Assembly (NCBI GenBank): GCA_963663275.1
Contig: OY760183.1
Location: 3,360,001-3,424,000, forward strand
Length of the DNA stretch: 64,000 nt
Reading direction: 5' to 3'
Origin: Chloroflexota bacterium
GTDB taxonomy: Bacteria; Chloroflexota; UBA11872; VXOZ01
Part shown: positions 21,834 through 31,634 of the stretch, in pieces
How positions within the stretch are numbered: position 1 is the stretch's first letter
Layout: the number at the start of each line of letters is the position of its first letter
The notes under the pieces: model-generated
Told to the model about the DNA's origin: nothing
The model's database searches: none
The model's input: the letters and a program-made list of their open reading frames with translations, nothing else
Translations under genes and position numbers: made by a program

Positions 21834-23126
21834 TCACGCCGGCGCGTCGCTGGCGCGCGCACGCTCCCACTCATGCAACTCACTCACATTTTCCCGAATC
21901 TTGCGCACGGCGTCAAGAACCACGTCCATGCGCCGCCGCGGTCCCAGGAAGAGCGGGTGGGAAAACGCCAGCGCCTCCGTGCCCGCGATGCGCTCCGTTT
22001 CCGGGCAGTGGAACGCCGCATAGTCCATCTCCCGCCCGTACACCCGCGTGTTGAACGGATAGCCCCCGCGCCCCAAGTCCATCCCGGTGAGCGCCGTATG
22101 CCGGTAGAGCGGCGCGGTCTGGCCCGTGTTCGCCGGCACGCCTTCGGCCTTCAGCGCCGCCAGGAACGTATCGCGGTGAATGCCCTCAAAGTCCGGCGGG
22201 ATGAAGCGCCAGTGCCAGATGTAGAAACTCCAGCGCGTCACGCGCGGGTCCCAAGCCAGGCTGTCTACGCCCGGAATCTCAGCCAATCCCTCAATCAGGT
22301 AGCGCGCGTTCGCCTCGCGGACGGCGACTTGCTCCGGCAGGCGTTCCAATCCAACCAACCCCAACGCGCCAATCCATTCCGTCATGCGCAAGTTGGTGGC
22401 GGGCAGCGACCGCGCCGGCTTGGGGCGTCCCACAATGCCGTTCACGTGCTGGTACCCAAACAGCCGCGCTTGCAGGTCGTCCCGGTCGGTGAGCGCCATG
22501 CCGCCCTCGCCCAACGGCAGGACTTTGCTGCCCTGAAAGCTGAAGACGCCCACGTCCTCCAGCGCGCCCACGCCGCGGTCCCGCCACCGGCTGCCGTGCG
22601 CGTGGGCGCAGTCGCCGACCAGCGCGATTCCATGCCGGTCTACCAGCGCCCGCAGCGCGTCCAGGTCGGCCGGCAGGCCGCCGTTGTGGACGCACATGAC
22701 CGCCCGCGTCTTGGACGTAACGGCGGCGGCAACCCTGGCGGGATCCAGGTTGTAGGTCTGCGGCTCGACGTCGACGAACACGGGCGCGGCGCCGACGGCG
22801 ATTACGGCGGTAGCCACCGTAATCCAGGTGGCCGCCGGCAGAATCACCTCATCGCCGGGCTCGACCCCCACCGCTCGCAGCGCCAGTTCCAGGCCGCTGG
22901 ACCCGGTGGCGACCGCCACCCCGTGCCGCGCATCCTGAAAGGCGGCAAAGGCGTCTTCGAACCGCCACACCCACGAGGCCGCGCCCTGCGACTTGGAGCG
23001 CGTCCAGGCCCGGCTCGTGAGCACGTCCTTCAGCGCCTGTTCGTCCCGTTCGTCGTACACGGGCCAGGGCGTGTCCAGCGGCGCCGCAACCAGCGGCTTG
23101 CCGCCGGCCAAGGCAAGCGTTCCCAT
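21834..23126 (-). CDS. DegT/DnrJ/EryC1/StrS PLP-dependent aminotransferase
   Basis: PGDEVI, DCAHAHG, SFQGSKVLPLGEGG (PLP lysine), NLRMTE. Confidence 0.93.
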   Translation of the reverse strand: MGTLALAGGKPLVAAPLDTPWPVYDERDEQALKDVLTSRAWTRSKSQGAASWVWRFEDAFAAFQDARHGVAVATGSSGLELALRAVGVEPGDEVILPAATWITVATAVIAVGAAPVFVDVEPQTYNLDPARVAAAVTSKTRAVMCVHNGGLPADLDALRALVDRHGIALVGDCAHAHGSRWRDRGVGALEDVGVFSFQGSKVLPLGEGGMALTDRDDLQARLFGYQHVNGIVGRPKPARSLPATNLRMTEWIGALGLVGLERLPEQVAVREANARYLIEGLAEIPGVDSLAWDPRVTRWSFYIWHWRFIPPDFEGIHRDTFLAALKAEGVPANTGQTAPLYRHTALTGMDLGRGGYPFNTRVYGREMDYAAFHCPETERIAGTEALAFSHPLFLGPRRRMDVVLDAVRKIRENVSELHEWERARASDAPA

Positions 23127-23281
23127 GGGCCGATACTCCTCTTGGGGCGCGGCGTACTCTACCGTGTGTGCGCGGCCCCGGCCCTCCATCCACCGCAAAC
23201 TTCCACCAGATCACTGACCGCATGGTTCCGGGCGTACCGCGTTCCACAGCATACAAGAATTACGCCGGCGGCGGCAACGCC

Positions 23282-24682
23282 TTAGAGCGACCGGAGAAAC
23301 CGGAGCAGCGCCTGCCGTTGGGACAGGGAGAGGCTCTTGAAGACCTCGCGGGCGGCCGCCGCCTCGCCGCCGTGCCAGAGGATTGCCTCCTCCAGGTTGC
23401 GGGCGCGGCCATCGTGCAGAAAGCGCGTGTGGCCGTTTACCGCCTGCACCAGCCCGATGCCCCAGAGCGGCGGCGTGCGCCACTCGCGGCCGGTGGCCTG
23501 ACCGTCGGGCCGGTTGTCCGCCAGTTCCTCGCCCATGTCGTGCAGGAGCAGGTCCGTGTACGGGAAGATCACCTGGTCTTGCAGCGGCCGCACCGAGAAG
23601 TCCGGGGCGGTCACGTGCCGGGGGGTGTGGCATGACGCGCAGCCAACGTCCTCAAACAGGCGCGCTCCCTGGCGAACCGTGGGGTCATCCACGTTGCGCA
23701 TGGCGGGCACTGCCAGCGTCTGGATATAGAATACAACCTTCGCCAGCCGGTCGTCGGGGATTTCCGGCGCGCCGCCGTGCGGCGCTTGGTTGCACACCTC
23801 CTGCGCCGCCGGACAATTCTCCACCGGAAAGAGCGAGGACGTTATGCCAATGTCACCCAGAAACGCGCCGGCGGACTGCTGCTCGACACTGGGTTGGTTG
23901 GCCTTCCAGCCAAAGCGGCCCAGCGCATACGCTTGCGCGCGCGCGTCCCACACCATGTTGGGACGGCCGGAAATACCGTCGCCGTCACGGTCGTCGGGGT
24001 CGGCCAACGCCAGGATGCGCTCCGCCGGAATAGCTTCCAGCAAACCCATGCCGAAGACAACCGGCGCGATGCGGGGCGACACCAGCATGTCCGGCCGCGG
24101 CGGGCCAAACGCCGGGTCCAGAATGGCGTACTCCGGCTTGCGCAGCGTGTACGGCGTGCCGTCGGCATAGCTGCCGCTGATCGTCTCGTAGCGAATGGCG
24201 ATGCGGCCCTCGGCAGGCACGCCATTGATGGCGCGGTCTTGGAGTTGGCCGCCGTAGACCGGATCGGCGACCGGCCCGTCCGGCCCCGGGATGCTCAGCC
24301 TGAGCAGGAGACCCCGCACCGGGTCGTCGTCATCGTCCGGCGGCCTGGCCCGTCCGTCGTGGTCGTGGCAGGAAGAGCACGACTGGGCGTTGAAGGTTGG
24401 CCCCAAGCCGTCGCGCGCCACCGTGGAAGCCGGCGCCGTGACCCAATTCTGATTGAAGAAGCTATCGCCCACGTTGAACGTGCGGCGCTCTTCAACGTCG
24501 AGATTGCGGGCCGAAAGCTCGAACGCGTTGCGCCCGGCGCTGAAGGCCGTGGTGTCGCCGCCCAACCGCGCGTCCAGCGGCAGATAGTCTCGGCTTGGCC
24601 CAGAAGTGTGGGCTAGGCCGGATGCAATCACCAAGAGGAGGGCCGCCGCCATGCGGACGAGCGGACGGCGCTTGCGTGCCAT
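23282..24682 (-). CDS. Di-heme oxidoreductase family protein (DHOR/DUF1111)
   Basis: GLGPTFNAQSCSSCH, GRFGWKA, GCASCH, YTDLLLHDMG, WRTPPLWG, LHDGRA, HGGEA. Confidence 0.93.
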   Translation of the reverse strand: MARKRRPLVRMAAALLLVIASGLAHTSGPSRDYLPLDARLGGDTTAFSAGRNAFELSARNLDVEERRTFNVGDSFFNQNWVTAPASTVARDGLGPTFNAQSCSSCHDHDGRARPPDDDDDPVRGLLLRLSIPGPDGPVADPVYGGQLQDRAINGVPAEGRIAIRYETISGSYADGTPYTLRKPEYAILDPAFGPPRPDMLVSPRIAPVVFGMGLLEAIPAERILALADPDDRDGDGISGRPNMVWDARAQAYALGRFGWKANQPSVEQQSAGAFLGDIGITSSLFPVENCPAAQEVCNQAPHGGAPEIPDDRLAKVVFYIQTLAVPAMRNVDDPTVRQGARLFEDVGCASCHTPRHVTAPDFSVRPLQDQVIFPYTDLLLHDMGEELADNRPDGQATGREWRTPPLWGIGLVQAVNGHTRFLHDGRARNLEEAILWHGGEAAAAREVFKSLSLSQRQALLRFLRSL

Positions 24683-24705
24683 TAGCTCACGCTAATCGCC
24701 TGCCG

Positions 24706-25860
24706 CTAGCTCACGCTGATGGTGATGCCAATCAACTGGGCGGCGGAGACGATGGTGTCCGTCTGATTCTCCAGCGCCACGATCGTCTCGAGCACGGCCT
24801 TCCTGCCGGCGGAGTCGTCGGAGACGTCAGAGAGCAGGTGTTGATCGAACGGGCTCGGAATAGCCGTGGCGAGATCCACGCTCGTGTTGATTTCCGCCGC
24901 CAGCCGGTCGGCGAGTTCCGTGTCGATTGCGGCAATCAGGTCTTTGATGCCCAGCCCGGAAACGCCGCCGAAGTTGCCGAGATAGACCATCTGAATGCCG
25001 ATCGCGTTCGCGATGATGTCGGCGGTGGTGTTATCGGAGAAGCAGGAGTGCTCGTCCTCCTGGGAACGCTCCTCGTACGCCACGGTCATGCGCTCGCCGG
25101 CCAACTCACCCCGGCTCAACTCACCGATGCCGGTGATGATCTTCTGCAGGGCTTCGTCCGCGGCGAGAGACTCGAACTCGGCGCGGTAGTTGTCGCCGTC
25201 CGGCGCCCAGGCGTCAACCATCTGCTGCAAGTGACTCACCAGCAGGTCCGACGCCACGGCCAGATAGATTGACCGGCGCTCGGCATTGGCGTTGGTGGTG
25301 TAGTCTTCCACCGGGCGCGCGCCCGGCCCGTCGTTGCTGAGATCCTGGCCCCACAACAAGAACTCGATCGCGTGCCAGCCGGTGGAGACGTTCTCCTCGC
25401 CGCCTTCCTCGTTGAGCGAGACCAGCAGGTCCGCGTCGATGGTGGGGAAGGCGTCGGGATTGTTGATGATGCCCGCTTGCGGGTCGCCTACCACGTAATC
25501 GATGTAGGCTTCGTCCAGCGGCCAGGCGTTGATCAAGCCCTCAGGCCCGTCGTCCGGATTGTCGATCGGGCCGTCGTAGAAGCGGAAGGCCTCGGTGGGC
25601 CCATACAGGTCGCGGGCGCTGAGCCACGCTTGCTTGGCCGCTTCCAGATTGGCCGCGTTCGGCTCCGCGAGAAAGGCGTCGATGGCCTTGTCCAACTCCA
25701 TTGCCGAATCGAGACTCTGGGAATACAGGTGGAACACGCCGTTGGCATAGTTCGCCACCACGTCCCGTTTCATATCGTCGCTCGGCCCGCTCGCGCCGCA
25801 TGACGTCAACAACAACACGACCATGCCGACCAAGGTCGTCAGGGTTAGGATCCTTCTCAC
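24706..25860 (-). CDS. Imelysin-like iron-regulated lipoprotein (IrpA-like)
   Basis: Lipobox LTSC; INAWPLDE, TGWHAIEFLLWGQD, ELAGER, EDEHSCFSDNT; GTG start after GAGGAGG. Confidence 0.92.
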   Translation of the reverse strand: MRRILTLTTLVGMVVLLLTSCGASGPSDDMKRDVVANYANGVFHLYSQSLDSAMELDKAIDAFLAEPNAANLEAAKQAWLSARDLYGPTEAFRFYDGPIDNPDDGPEGLINAWPLDEAYIDYVVGDPQAGIINNPDAFPTIDADLLVSLNEEGGEENVSTGWHAIEFLLWGQDLSNDGPGARPVEDYTTNANAERRSIYLAVASDLLVSHLQQMVDAWAPDGDNYRAEFESLAADEALQKIITGIGELSRGELAGERMTVAYEERSQEDEHSCFSDNTTADIIANAIGIQMVYLGNFGGVSGLGIKDLIAAIDTELADRLAAEINTSVDLATAIPSPFDQHLLSDVSDDSAGRKAVLETIVALENQTDTIVSAAQLIGITISVS

Positions 25861-25985
25861 GGTTCTCCTCCTCGCTTCGAGACCCTGCATGATGAAACTT
25901 CCTGAAGCTCTACCACGTGAAGCACAGCTACCAACGATTGAGGCCATGTGCCTAAATGTTAGTTAATGCGCCTTCATCCAAGCAG

Positions 25986-26016
25986 GTAGGTTACCCTAAC
26001 GGAATCAGGGAGTCAA
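25986..26016 (-). promoter_or_regulatory. Sigma70-type promoter (TTGACT-17-TAACCT) overlapped by a DtxR/IdeR-like box
   Basis: GTAGGTTACCCTAACGGAA (25986-26004) matches TTAGGTTAGCCTAACCTAA at 15/19; -35 at 26016-26011, -10 at 25993-25988. Confidence 0.7.
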
Positions 26017-26173
26017 GTAATTCGTATCTCTTTGCTGGGAATTCTTGCCGGCGCCTCTTGCGGCGCGCGAAACGCTGCGGCCAAGCCAACTTGCCGCCGC
26101 CTGAATCGGTGAGAAGAGCCGCCGTCGAGGGGGAGGAAAGTGCGCCGAGCGGGGCGCGCCTGGGGAAAGGCGG

Positions 26174-27280
26174 CTAATCTTTCGCCTGCGTCAGCACGCG
26201 AAAGCCGCCGAGGCCGTCGGGCCAGATGAGGTCGGTGATGGCGCGCCGGGCGCGCTGCGTCTCCGCCGTGGCCGGTTGCCGCGCCAGCGCGGCCAACTCG
26301 CCGCCAATGCCCAGTCCCGTCAGGTATTCGGCCTGGGATTGGTAGGCTACGGCGCGCAGGCCGGCGCGCGCGCCAGCGTCCATGAGGGCGGTGAAATTAA
26401 CGTGGGCGGTGATGTCCTGCGCGCCGACGCGGGTATAGGGATCCTTGCTCACCCGGTGGCGATAGTAGCAGGCCAGCGTGCCGCCCGCGTAGCGCGGGCC
26501 GCGCAGTTCGTCCCACGCCGCGCCGTAATCGATGGTGATCACCGTGCCGCGCGTCAGCAGCCGCGCGACGCGCTCGATCCACGCCACCGCCGCCAGGCAG
26601 ATTTCACCCCGCCAGCCCTCCGGCGGCCAACCAAAGCGCTCCACGTAGGCGGTGAGTTCCGGGCAAGACGGCGCGCCGATTTCCTCCTGCAGGCGACCGT
26701 CACGCAGCGTCACGTAAGTCTCTTGCAACGCGCCGTCCTTCACGCGCACGCGATGCGCTGGCAGCGCGTCCAGCAATTCGTTGGAGAGCACGACGCCGGT
26801 AACCGGCGTTGCCAGCGCCTGGCTTATAACGACGGGATGCGCCGCCGCGTTGGCGAGCGCCTGCCGTTGGGCGCCGCTCGGGCCGGGCCCGCGCTCTACC
26901 AGGCGATAGCGCGCGCGCTCCCAGCAGTCCGGCGCGCTCCGGCGCAGGCCGCGCAGAATGTCCCACGCGAGGATGCCGCGCCCGGCGCCCATCTCGACGA
27001 CGTCGAAGCGCTCCGGTTCGCCCAGTTCCCGCCAGACCCGCGCCGCGTGGCGGGCCAGATACGCGCCAAAGACCGCGTGAACCTGCGGCGCGGTGTAGTA
27101 ATCGCGCGCCGGGCCGGGCACCGGTGCGGCGCCGTCGTCATGACCAGTGCCGGATTGCGGCGCGGTGTAGTAGCCGAACGCCGGCGCGTAGAGGGCAATC
27201 TCCATGAATTCGGCAAACGTAATGCGGCCGTTGGCCGCAATCGCCGCCTGGAGCCGTTCATCCGCCGTAGGCGCGCCCAT
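26174..27280 (-). CDS. SAM-dependent methyltransferase, MidA/NDUFAF7 family
   Basis: ITFAEFM..ALY...GYY, DYYTAP, EMGAGRG, SNELLDALP, IDYG, QDITAHVNF. Confidence 0.92.
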   Translation of the reverse strand: MGAPTADERLQAAIAANGRITFAEFMEIALYAPAFGYYTAPQSGTGHDDGAAPVPGPARDYYTAPQVHAVFGAYLARHAARVWRELGEPERFDVVEMGAGRGILAWDILRGLRRSAPDCWERARYRLVERGPGPSGAQRQALANAAAHPVVISQALATPVTGVVLSNELLDALPAHRVRVKDGALQETYVTLRDGRLQEEIGAPSCPELTAYVERFGWPPEGWRGEICLAAVAWIERVARLLTRGTVITIDYGAAWDELRGPRYAGGTLACYYRHRVSKDPYTRVGAQDITAHVNFTALMDAGARAGLRAVAYQSQAEYLTGLGIGGELAALARQPATAETQRARRAITDLIWPDGLGGFRVLTQAKD

Positions 27281-27476
27281 GAACGCTATTCGCCCTACGA
27301 CCAACACGCAACGCTACGCGCCATCGGCAGGACGCGCGCCACAACCCGGAACTGCGCGGCAGGACTGGCTCCGCACCACTGCCATAGCCGCTGCCCGGAG
27401 CGGAAGGCCGGTGTAGCGGTTGCTGAAAGTGAGAAGGGAGAGTCGGAGACTGATACCCGCATTGGCGAGAGAGTGG

Positions 27477-27908
27477 TTAGGGAAAGAAAAGCGGCACGAT
27501 GCGATCGAAGACGCCAATCGCGGCAAGCATGACGATCACCGCTACGATGAACCCGATTACCCAACGCGACAGCGCATTGTGCTTGTCTACCATGTCGGCG
27601 CGCAAGATTGCCATGTCGGTTTGCGACTTTTGAGCCAGCAACTCTATGGCGTGTTGCATGCGCGTCAACCCGATTTCCAAGTCGGCTTTCGTGGCCTGCT
27701 GCACACGCTCCAGACCGGCCTCTAAATCTGCTTTCATGGCCCGCTGCACACGCTCTAATCCGGCTTCCAGATCGGAGCGCATGGCACGTTCCACGCTATC
27801 CAAGTCGGCTTTGGTTGTGCGCTCCAAACGCTCTAGGCCGGCTGCTAGGTCGGCTTTTGTCGCGTACTCGTTTGCGTCGGGCGGTTGCTCCGCCGCTTCA
27901 ATTGCCAT
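27477..27908 (-). CDS. Coiled-coil repeat protein with C-terminal membrane anchor (DUF1640/Bdr-like)
   Basis: Five (T/M)KADL-type repeats and a terminal hydrophobic helix; RBS GGAGG. Confidence 0.7.
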   Translation of the reverse strand: MAIEAAEQPPDANEYATKADLAAGLERLERTTKADLDSVERAMRSDLEAGLERVQRAMKADLEAGLERVQQATKADLEIGLTRMQHAIELLAQKSQTDMAILRADMVDKHNALSRWVIGFIVAVIVMLAAIGVFDRIVPLFFP

Positions 27909-28129
27909 CCGCGCCCTCCCTAGTGCGTGTAACGCTTGGCCCTTTCAAGCCTTCACTTTAGATGTTCTCAGGAAGTCGCTGAATTGTCAAAAGCGGTGTA
28001 ATTCTCAAGAATGTGCTCTTCAAACCAAAGGCAACCGTGCAGAGACGTTTCCACCGCGCCGTTCTTCTGTACAATAGAGGGCACGACGACAGTGGAAGAC
28101 CCGATAAGCAACGCAGGGAGGATTGGGGA

Positions 28130-29899
28130 ATGACGTTGCGCAGCCAGGAACTACGCGGCCTCAACCGCCAGGGCGACGCCCTGCGCATGGGCATGGACTG
28201 GACAGTAGAAGACCTGGGCAAGCCGCAGGTGCTGGTGGAGAGCGTGACCGGCTGCTCCCATCCTTCCAGCGTGCATCTCGGCGAGCTGGTGGAGCAGGCC
28301 AAGTTCGGCGTCTACACCCGCGGCGGCAAGCCCGCCGAATTCTACTGCACCGACATCTGCGACGGCGTGGCCCAGGCCCACGCGGGGATGCGCTTTAGTC
28401 TCCCCTCGCGGGACATCATCAGCTATATGACGGAAATCCACGCCCTGGCCCATCCGCACGACGCCATGGTCTGCATCTCTACCGCCGACAAGGCCGTGCC
28501 CGGCCACCTGATGGCCATGGCGCGCGTGAACCTGCCGGCCATCCATATCCCCGGCGGCACGCAGACCAACGGCCCGTGCAACATGTCCTCGGAGCTTATG
28601 TATCCGCTCGGCATCATGCGCGACAAAGGGCAGATCACTGAAGAAGAGCTAATCGCCAAGCAGAAGCACGCCTGTCCCACGCCGGGTTCCTGCCAGTTCA
28701 TGGGCACCGCCAGCAGCAACCAGGTGATCGCCGAGGCGCTGGGCCTGGCGCTGCCGGGGAGCGCGCTCATTCCCGCGCCGCTGCGCCAACTCACCCGCAT
28801 GGCCCGCGACGCCGGCGAACAGGTGATGACCTTGCTTGAACAAAACATCCGGCCCCGCGACATCCTGACGCCGGAGGCCTTCCACAACGCCCTCGTCCTC
28901 CATGCCGCGGTCGGCGGCTCCACAAATCTCCTGATTCACTTGCCCGCCATCGCCGCGGAAGTGGGCATCGAAATCCGCCCGCAGCAGTTCGACGAAATCG
29001 GCAGAAAAGTGCCGGTGCTGACCGACGTGAAGACCTACGGCACGCATCCGGTGGAGTACGTCTGGTACTGCGGCGGCGTGCCCGCCTTGATGAACGAGGT
29101 CAAGGACTTCCTCCACCTCGACTGCCTCACCGTCACCGGCAAGACCGTCGGCGAGAACCTGCAAGATCTCGAAGATTCCGGCTGGTTCGACGAAATCGGC
29201 GGCTATCTGGACAACCACGGCCTGCGCAAAGAAGAAGTGCTCTATCCCATCGAGCGGCCCTACAAGTCGGGCGGCACGATTGCCGTGCTCACCGGCAACC
29301 TGGCGCCGGAAGGGGCGGTGATGAAGCACGTGGCCGCCGACCCGCGCACCCATCAGATGGTCGGCCGCGCGGTGCCCTACGACTGCGAGGACGACGCCAT
29401 CGCGGGCGTCACGAATGACGAGATCAAACCCGGCGACGTGATGGTCATTCGCTACGAGGGACTGCGCTCCTCGGGCATGCCGGAGATGTACTTCTGCACT
29501 ACCGTCATTTCGGCGCGGCCCGACCTGGAGGCCAGCACCGCCATCATCACCGACGGACGCTACTCCGGCGCGGCCAAAGGCCCCGCCATCGGCCACGTGA
29601 TGCCGGAAGCGGCCTTGGGCGGCCCGCTCGCCTTGGTGGAGAAGGACGATCTCATCGAGATCGACGTGCCCGCGCGCTCGCTGGCAATCGTGGGCGTGAA
29701 CGGCGAACGCCGGCCGGCCGCGGAGATTGATGAAATCCTGGCCGAGCGCCGCGAACGCTGGCAGCCGCCAACGCGCAAGCACGAGGCCGGCGTGCTCTCC
29801 CTCTACGCCCGCGAGGCTGCCGGCGCTGACGCTGAGTCCGCAAACGGCCTCCCGGCGAATGCGGCGCTCCGCAACGTTGAACCGCTGCCGCGCCCGTGA
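28130..29899 (+). CDS. Dihydroxy-acid dehydratase family (IlvD/Edd) protein
   Basis: [56 protein letters not shown]; substrate (branched-chain or sugar acid) unresolved. Confidence 0.93.
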   Translation: MTLRSQELRGLNRQGDALRMGMDWTVEDLGKPQVLVESVTGCSHPSSVHLGELVEQAKFGVYTRGGKPAEFYCTDICDGVAQAHAGMRFSLPSRDIISYMTEIHALAHPHDAMVCISTADKAVPGHLMAMARVNLPAIHIPGGTQTNGPCNMSSELMYPLGIMRDKGQITEEELIAKQKHACPTPGSCQFMGTASSNQVIAEALGLALPGSALIPAPLRQLTRMARDAGEQVMTLLEQNIRPRDILTPEAFHNALVLHAAVGGSTNLLIHLPAIAAEVGIEIRPQQFDEIGRKVPVLTDVKTYGTHPVEYVWYCGGVPALMNEVKDFLHLDCLTVTGKTVGENLQDLEDSGWFDEIGGYLDNHGLRKEEVLYPIERPYKSGGTIAVLTGNLAPEGAVMKHVAADPRTHQMVGRAVPYDCEDDAIAGVTNDEIKPGDVMVIRYEGLRSSGMPEMYFCTTVISARPDLEASTAIITDGRYSGAAKGPAIGHVMPEAALGGPLALVEKDDLIEIDVPARSLAIVGVNGERRPAAEIDEILAERRERWQPPTRKHEAGVLSLYAREAAGADAESANGLPANAALRNVEPLPRP

Positions 29900-31164
29900 G
29901 CGCGAATGCCCCCTATCCGCTCGCTGCCGTGCGCGCCGTCATCCTCCACGCCCAGGGGCTAGACGAGCCGCAGCGCAGAGGCGCCCGGCCGGGCATCGAG
30001 GACGTCTACGCGGCGGTGCGGCGCGTAGGCTGGGTGCAGATCGACACGCTCCAGGTCGTCAATAGAGCGCAGTACCTCACGCTCTGGAGCAGGCTGGGCG
30101 CGTACGATACCACGCTGCTCGACAGGCTCCTCTTCGACGACGGCGCCACCTCGCCCGACAACGGCCGCCGGTTGTTCGAGTATTGGGCGCACGCGGCCTG
30201 CATCATCCCGCTCACCGCCTACCCCTGCTTCCTGCCCGACATGCGCCGGCGCCGCGAGGGTCACGGCACGTGGCACACGCGCTGGGCCGCCAAGCCCGAA
30301 AACCAACGCATGATGCGGACGCTTCTAAAGAGAATCCGCGCGGGGGGCGCCGCCCGTCCCGCCGACTTTCGCACCGGCAAGCGCGCCCCGGGGTCGTGGT
30401 GGAACTGGGACGACGCGAAAGTGGCGCTGGAATACCTCTATGACGTCGGCGACCTTGCCATCGCCAACCGCGTCAATTTCCAGCGCATCTACGACGCCAG
30501 CGAGCGCGTGCTGCCGGCCTGGGTTGACAGGGAAGAGCCGCCCGCGGACGCGGCGCTGCGGCAACTTCTGGAGACTTCCCTGCGGGCATTGGGAGTCTGC
30601 GCGCCGGGGCAGGTCGGCAACTACCTCCACCTGAAGTCCACCGCGGCGAAACCCCACGTGGAGGCGCTGATCGCGGACGGCACGTTCGTCACCATCCACG
30701 CCCGGTTGGCGGACCGCAAGACCCGTGAACTGCTGGTTCACCGCGACAACGCCCCCCTCTTAGAGGCGGCCGCGGACGGCGCGCTCCGCGCCCGCCGCAC
30801 GACGTTTCTCAACCCCTTCGACAGCCTCTTCTGGGCCAAGGGGCGCGACCGCGCCGTGTGGCAATTCCACCAAACCCTGGAATGCTACAAGCGCGCGCCG
30901 GACCGCATCTGGGGCTACTTCTGCCTGCCCATCCTGGACCGGGACCGCCTGGTGGGCCGCTTCGATCCGAAGCTGGAACGCAAAACCGGCCTGCTCCGGC
31001 TGAAGGCGCTCTACCTGGAACCGGGAGTAAGGCCCAGCCAACGGCTGGCATCCTCCACGGCCCGCGCCATGCGCGACTTCATACGCTTCCACGACGCGAC
31101 GGACCTGGCAATCGAACACAGCGACCCGCCGGAGTTCGGCCAAAAGCTCTCGGCGGCACTGTAA
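29896..31164 (+). CDS. YcaQ-like crosslink-repair DNA glycosylase (AlkZ/HTH_42 family)
   Basis: VQID (QxD type), LWSRLG, FEYWAH, PFD, ECY...KR.WGYF.LPIL....LVGR.D. Confidence 0.9.
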   Translation: MSANAPYPLAAVRAVILHAQGLDEPQRRGARPGIEDVYAAVRRVGWVQIDTLQVVNRAQYLTLWSRLGAYDTTLLDRLLFDDGATSPDNGRRLFEYWAHAACIIPLTAYPCFLPDMRRRREGHGTWHTRWAAKPENQRMMRTLLKRIRAGGAARPADFRTGKRAPGSWWNWDDAKVALEYLYDVGDLAIANRVNFQRIYDASERVLPAWVDREEPPADAALRQLLETSLRALGVCAPGQVGNYLHLKSTAAKPHVEALIADGTFVTIHARLADRKTRELLVHRDNAPLLEAAADGALRARRTTFLNPFDSLFWAKGRDRAVWQFHQTLECYKRAPDRIWGYFCLPILDRDRLVGRFDPKLERKTGLLRLKALYLEPGVRPSQRLASSTARAMRDFIRFHDATDLAIEHSDPPEFGQKLSAAL

Positions 31165-31184
31165 GCCTGTACGCCGCCCCTCCG

Positions 31185-31580
31185 GTAGCGCAGGTTTGCA
31201 ACCTGCGCACTCCGGCGCAATGACCGCCGGTAGTCCTCGCCGGTGTAGGGGCACGACATGTCGTGCCCCTACACCGCTTACCCCCTCACCCTAAACCTCT
31301 CCCCAGGGAGAGCTGACAGGGGTAGGCATTCTACATCCGACTTTACGTGTCATTCCGAGCGGAGCGAGGAATCTAGAACCGACGTTCTTGCAGCGAAAGC
31401 CTTAGATTCCTCTCTCCGCTGCGCTCCGCTCGGAATGACACTTGCCTACCCCTGTCAGCCCCAGGGAGAGGGACCCAGAAAGAGCCAACGCACCCACGCA
31501 ACAACACGTCCGCCTCACAGGGCGGGGGCCTGTCCTTTATGTTGTCGCACTACCGTAGCGCGGGGGCTTGTCCCCCGCCT
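31185..31580. repeat. REP cluster (several families)
   Basis: GTAGCGCAGGTTTGCAACCTGCGC, GTAGGGGCACGACATGTCGTGCCCCTAC, CCCTCACCCTAAACCTCTCCC, GTAGCGCGGGGGCTTGTCCCCCGC. Confidence 0.8.
31311..31460. mobile_element. MITE-like element family 2 (150 bp, 8-bp target duplication) inserted in a REP hairpin
   Basis: Perfect 17-bp inverted repeat GCTGACAGGGGTAGGCA/TGCCTACCCCTGTCAGC; CCAGGGAG at 31303-31310 and 31461-31468. Confidence 0.8.
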
Positions 31581-31634
31581 CTGCGCGGCGCAATTGCCCT
31601 GGAATAGAGGGACGGGCCACACAACGCGCGGCGC

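Noticed and set aside
21834-23126. Secondary-metabolite cluster around the DegT aminotransferase, P450 and YcaQ-like genes
   Set aside because: These genes are scattered among housekeeping genes with no PKS, NRPS or other core synthase; the glycosylase is the QxD type rather than the QxQ cluster-associated type.
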